Shown here piece by piece: positions 62,797 to 64,000 of a stretch of DNA of 64,000 nt. The stretch comes from an uncultured Candidatus Poseidoniales archaeon (GTDB lineage Archaea > Thermoplasmatota > Poseidoniia > Poseidoniales > Poseidoniaceae), in NCBI GenBank assembly GCA_905182185.1, contig CAJJAP010000003.1, positions 14,813 to 78,812 of the forward strand. The letters run 5' to 3'. The notes below the pieces were generated by a model that saw nothing but the letters and a program-made list of their open reading frames with translations, was not told the origin of the DNA and searched no databases. Each line of letters starts with the position of its first letter. Position 1 is the stretch's first letter. The position numbers were made by a program, and so were the translations under genes.

Positions 62797-63618
62797 ATGT
62801 CCATTCATGGCCAAGCGAGGAAGGTAACTACAAACACCTTGCAAGAAATGAAGAGTGCGGGTGAAAAAATCACCATGCTGACAGCCTATGACTTCTCATT
62901 GGCTAAACTGGTTGACAAAGCCGGAGTTGATATTATTCTCGTAGGAGATTCAGCATCGAATGTCATGGCCGGTCATGCAACAACTGTCCCAATCACATTG
63001 GACCATATGATCTACCACGCTCAATGTGTTGAAAGAGCAGTTGACAGAGCATTGATAGTTGTCGATATGCCATTTGGTTCATACCAAGGAAATTCTACAG
63101 TCGCCCTAGAATCTGCAGTGCGCATAATGAAAGAATCAAATGGACATTCAGTAAAACTTGAAGGCGGTTCAGAAGTAGTTGAATCCGTAAAAAGAATTCT
63201 GACCGCAGGAATTCCAGTAATGGGTCACCTCGGACTTACTCCTCAGTCTATTTACAAATTTGGAACCTATACTGTTAGAGCAAAAGAAGATGAAGAAGCT
63301 GCTAAACTAATCTCGGATGCTAAACTTTTGGAAGATGCTGGATGCTTTGCAATTGTCTTGGAAAAGATACCTCGCGAACTGGCCAAGAAGGTTAGTGAAT
63401 CTATTTCCATCCCAACCATTGGTATTGGCGCTGGACCTGATTGTGATGGACAAGTACTCGTCCTCCACGACTTACTGGGAATCACCATGGATTTCTCACC
63501 ACGATTCTTACGTCGTTATTTGAATCTATCAACCGACATTAACAATGCAATTACACAATATTGTGATGATGTTCGTTCTGGAGACTTTCCTAGTGAAGAT
63601 GAATCATATTCAGAATGA
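62797..63618 (+). CDS. panB: 3-methyl-2-oxobutanoate hydroxymethyltransferase
   Basis: [48 protein letters not shown]. Confidence 0.97.
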   Translation: MSIHGQARKVTTNTLQEMKSAGEKITMLTAYDFSLAKLVDKAGVDIILVGDSASNVMAGHATTVPITLDHMIYHAQCVERAVDRALIVVDMPFGSYQGNSTVALESAVRIMKESNGHSVKLEGGSEVVESVKRILTAGIPVMGHLGLTPQSIYKFGTYTVRAKEDEEAAKLISDAKLLEDAGCFAIVLEKIPRELAKKVSESISIPTIGIGAGPDCDGQVLVLHDLLGITMDFSPRFLRRYLNLSTDINNAITQYCDDVRSGDFPSEDESYSE

Positions 63619-63625
63619 TTTATTG

Positions 63626-63961
63626 TCACAGATAGATATAGGCCAGAATCCCTCCACCTAATGCTCCAATATCTATTCCAATCGCATGCCAAATCCCATA
63701 ACGGAATGAAGGTAACTCATATTGCCACCATGTAGTGTTGATCCAGACCCAAATCATTATTGAAAGATATCCACCACAAAATATTGCATTCCCATCTGTA
63801 AACCAAATTAATGAATAAGCAAACCCAAGAATGCCCAGACCCATGGCGTATTCTTTCAAGTCACCATTGTTATTGGGTAGTAGATATTTGTACATTAGAG
63901 GTGAAAATAGTAGCGCTAAAATGAATGCACCTTGAACTGGCGATGGATAACTATAGGCCAT
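63626..63961 (-). CDS. Small hypothetical membrane protein
   Basis: 111-aa ORF, mostly hydrophobic. Confidence 0.6.
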   Translation of the reverse strand: MAYSYPSPVQGAFILALLFSPLMYKYLLPNNNGDLKEYAMGLGILGFAYSLIWFTDGNAIFCGGYLSIMIWVWINTTWWQYELPSFRYGIWHAIGIDIGALGGGILAYIYL

Positions 63962-64000
63962 ATTTGGAAGTACGATTGCCTCCCAAAATGCTCCAAACAG

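Overview
This is a gene-dense archaeal chromosome segment. Archaeal markers (arcTGT, TFB, L40e, LonB, CTP-dependent RibK, archaeal PheS/AspS, UPF0147, FlaK/PibD-type peptidase) sit alongside bacterial-type enzymes (MetK, PanB, FolD) and large secreted proteins. That mix best fits Marine Group II Euryarchaeota (Ca. Poseidoniales); this assignment is an inference. The window holds about 52 CDS and two tRNAs (Thr-UGU, Ala-UGC). I saw no rRNA, CRISPR array, integrase or transposase. About a dozen single-base frameshifts, some in housekeeping genes, are most likely sequencing errors. The most interesting items are: (1) a coupled operon of a PATAN/DUF2226-like plus DUF835 protein, a bacterial DnaA-type AAA+ protein with degenerate catalytic motifs and no recognisable DNA-binding domain IV, and a YkgJ Cys-cluster protein; (2) an apparently circularly permuted GDPD with its HRG motif at the C-terminus; (3) an accessory-looking cassette with a CDKN3-like phosphatase next to the tRNA-Ala 3' end; (4) an operon of an LLM monooxygenase, an atypical class 3 asparaginase and an ALDH8A1-like dehydrogenase; (5) a divergent TFB with a repeat-rich upstream region. 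All family assignments come from motif recognition by eye, not from database searches.
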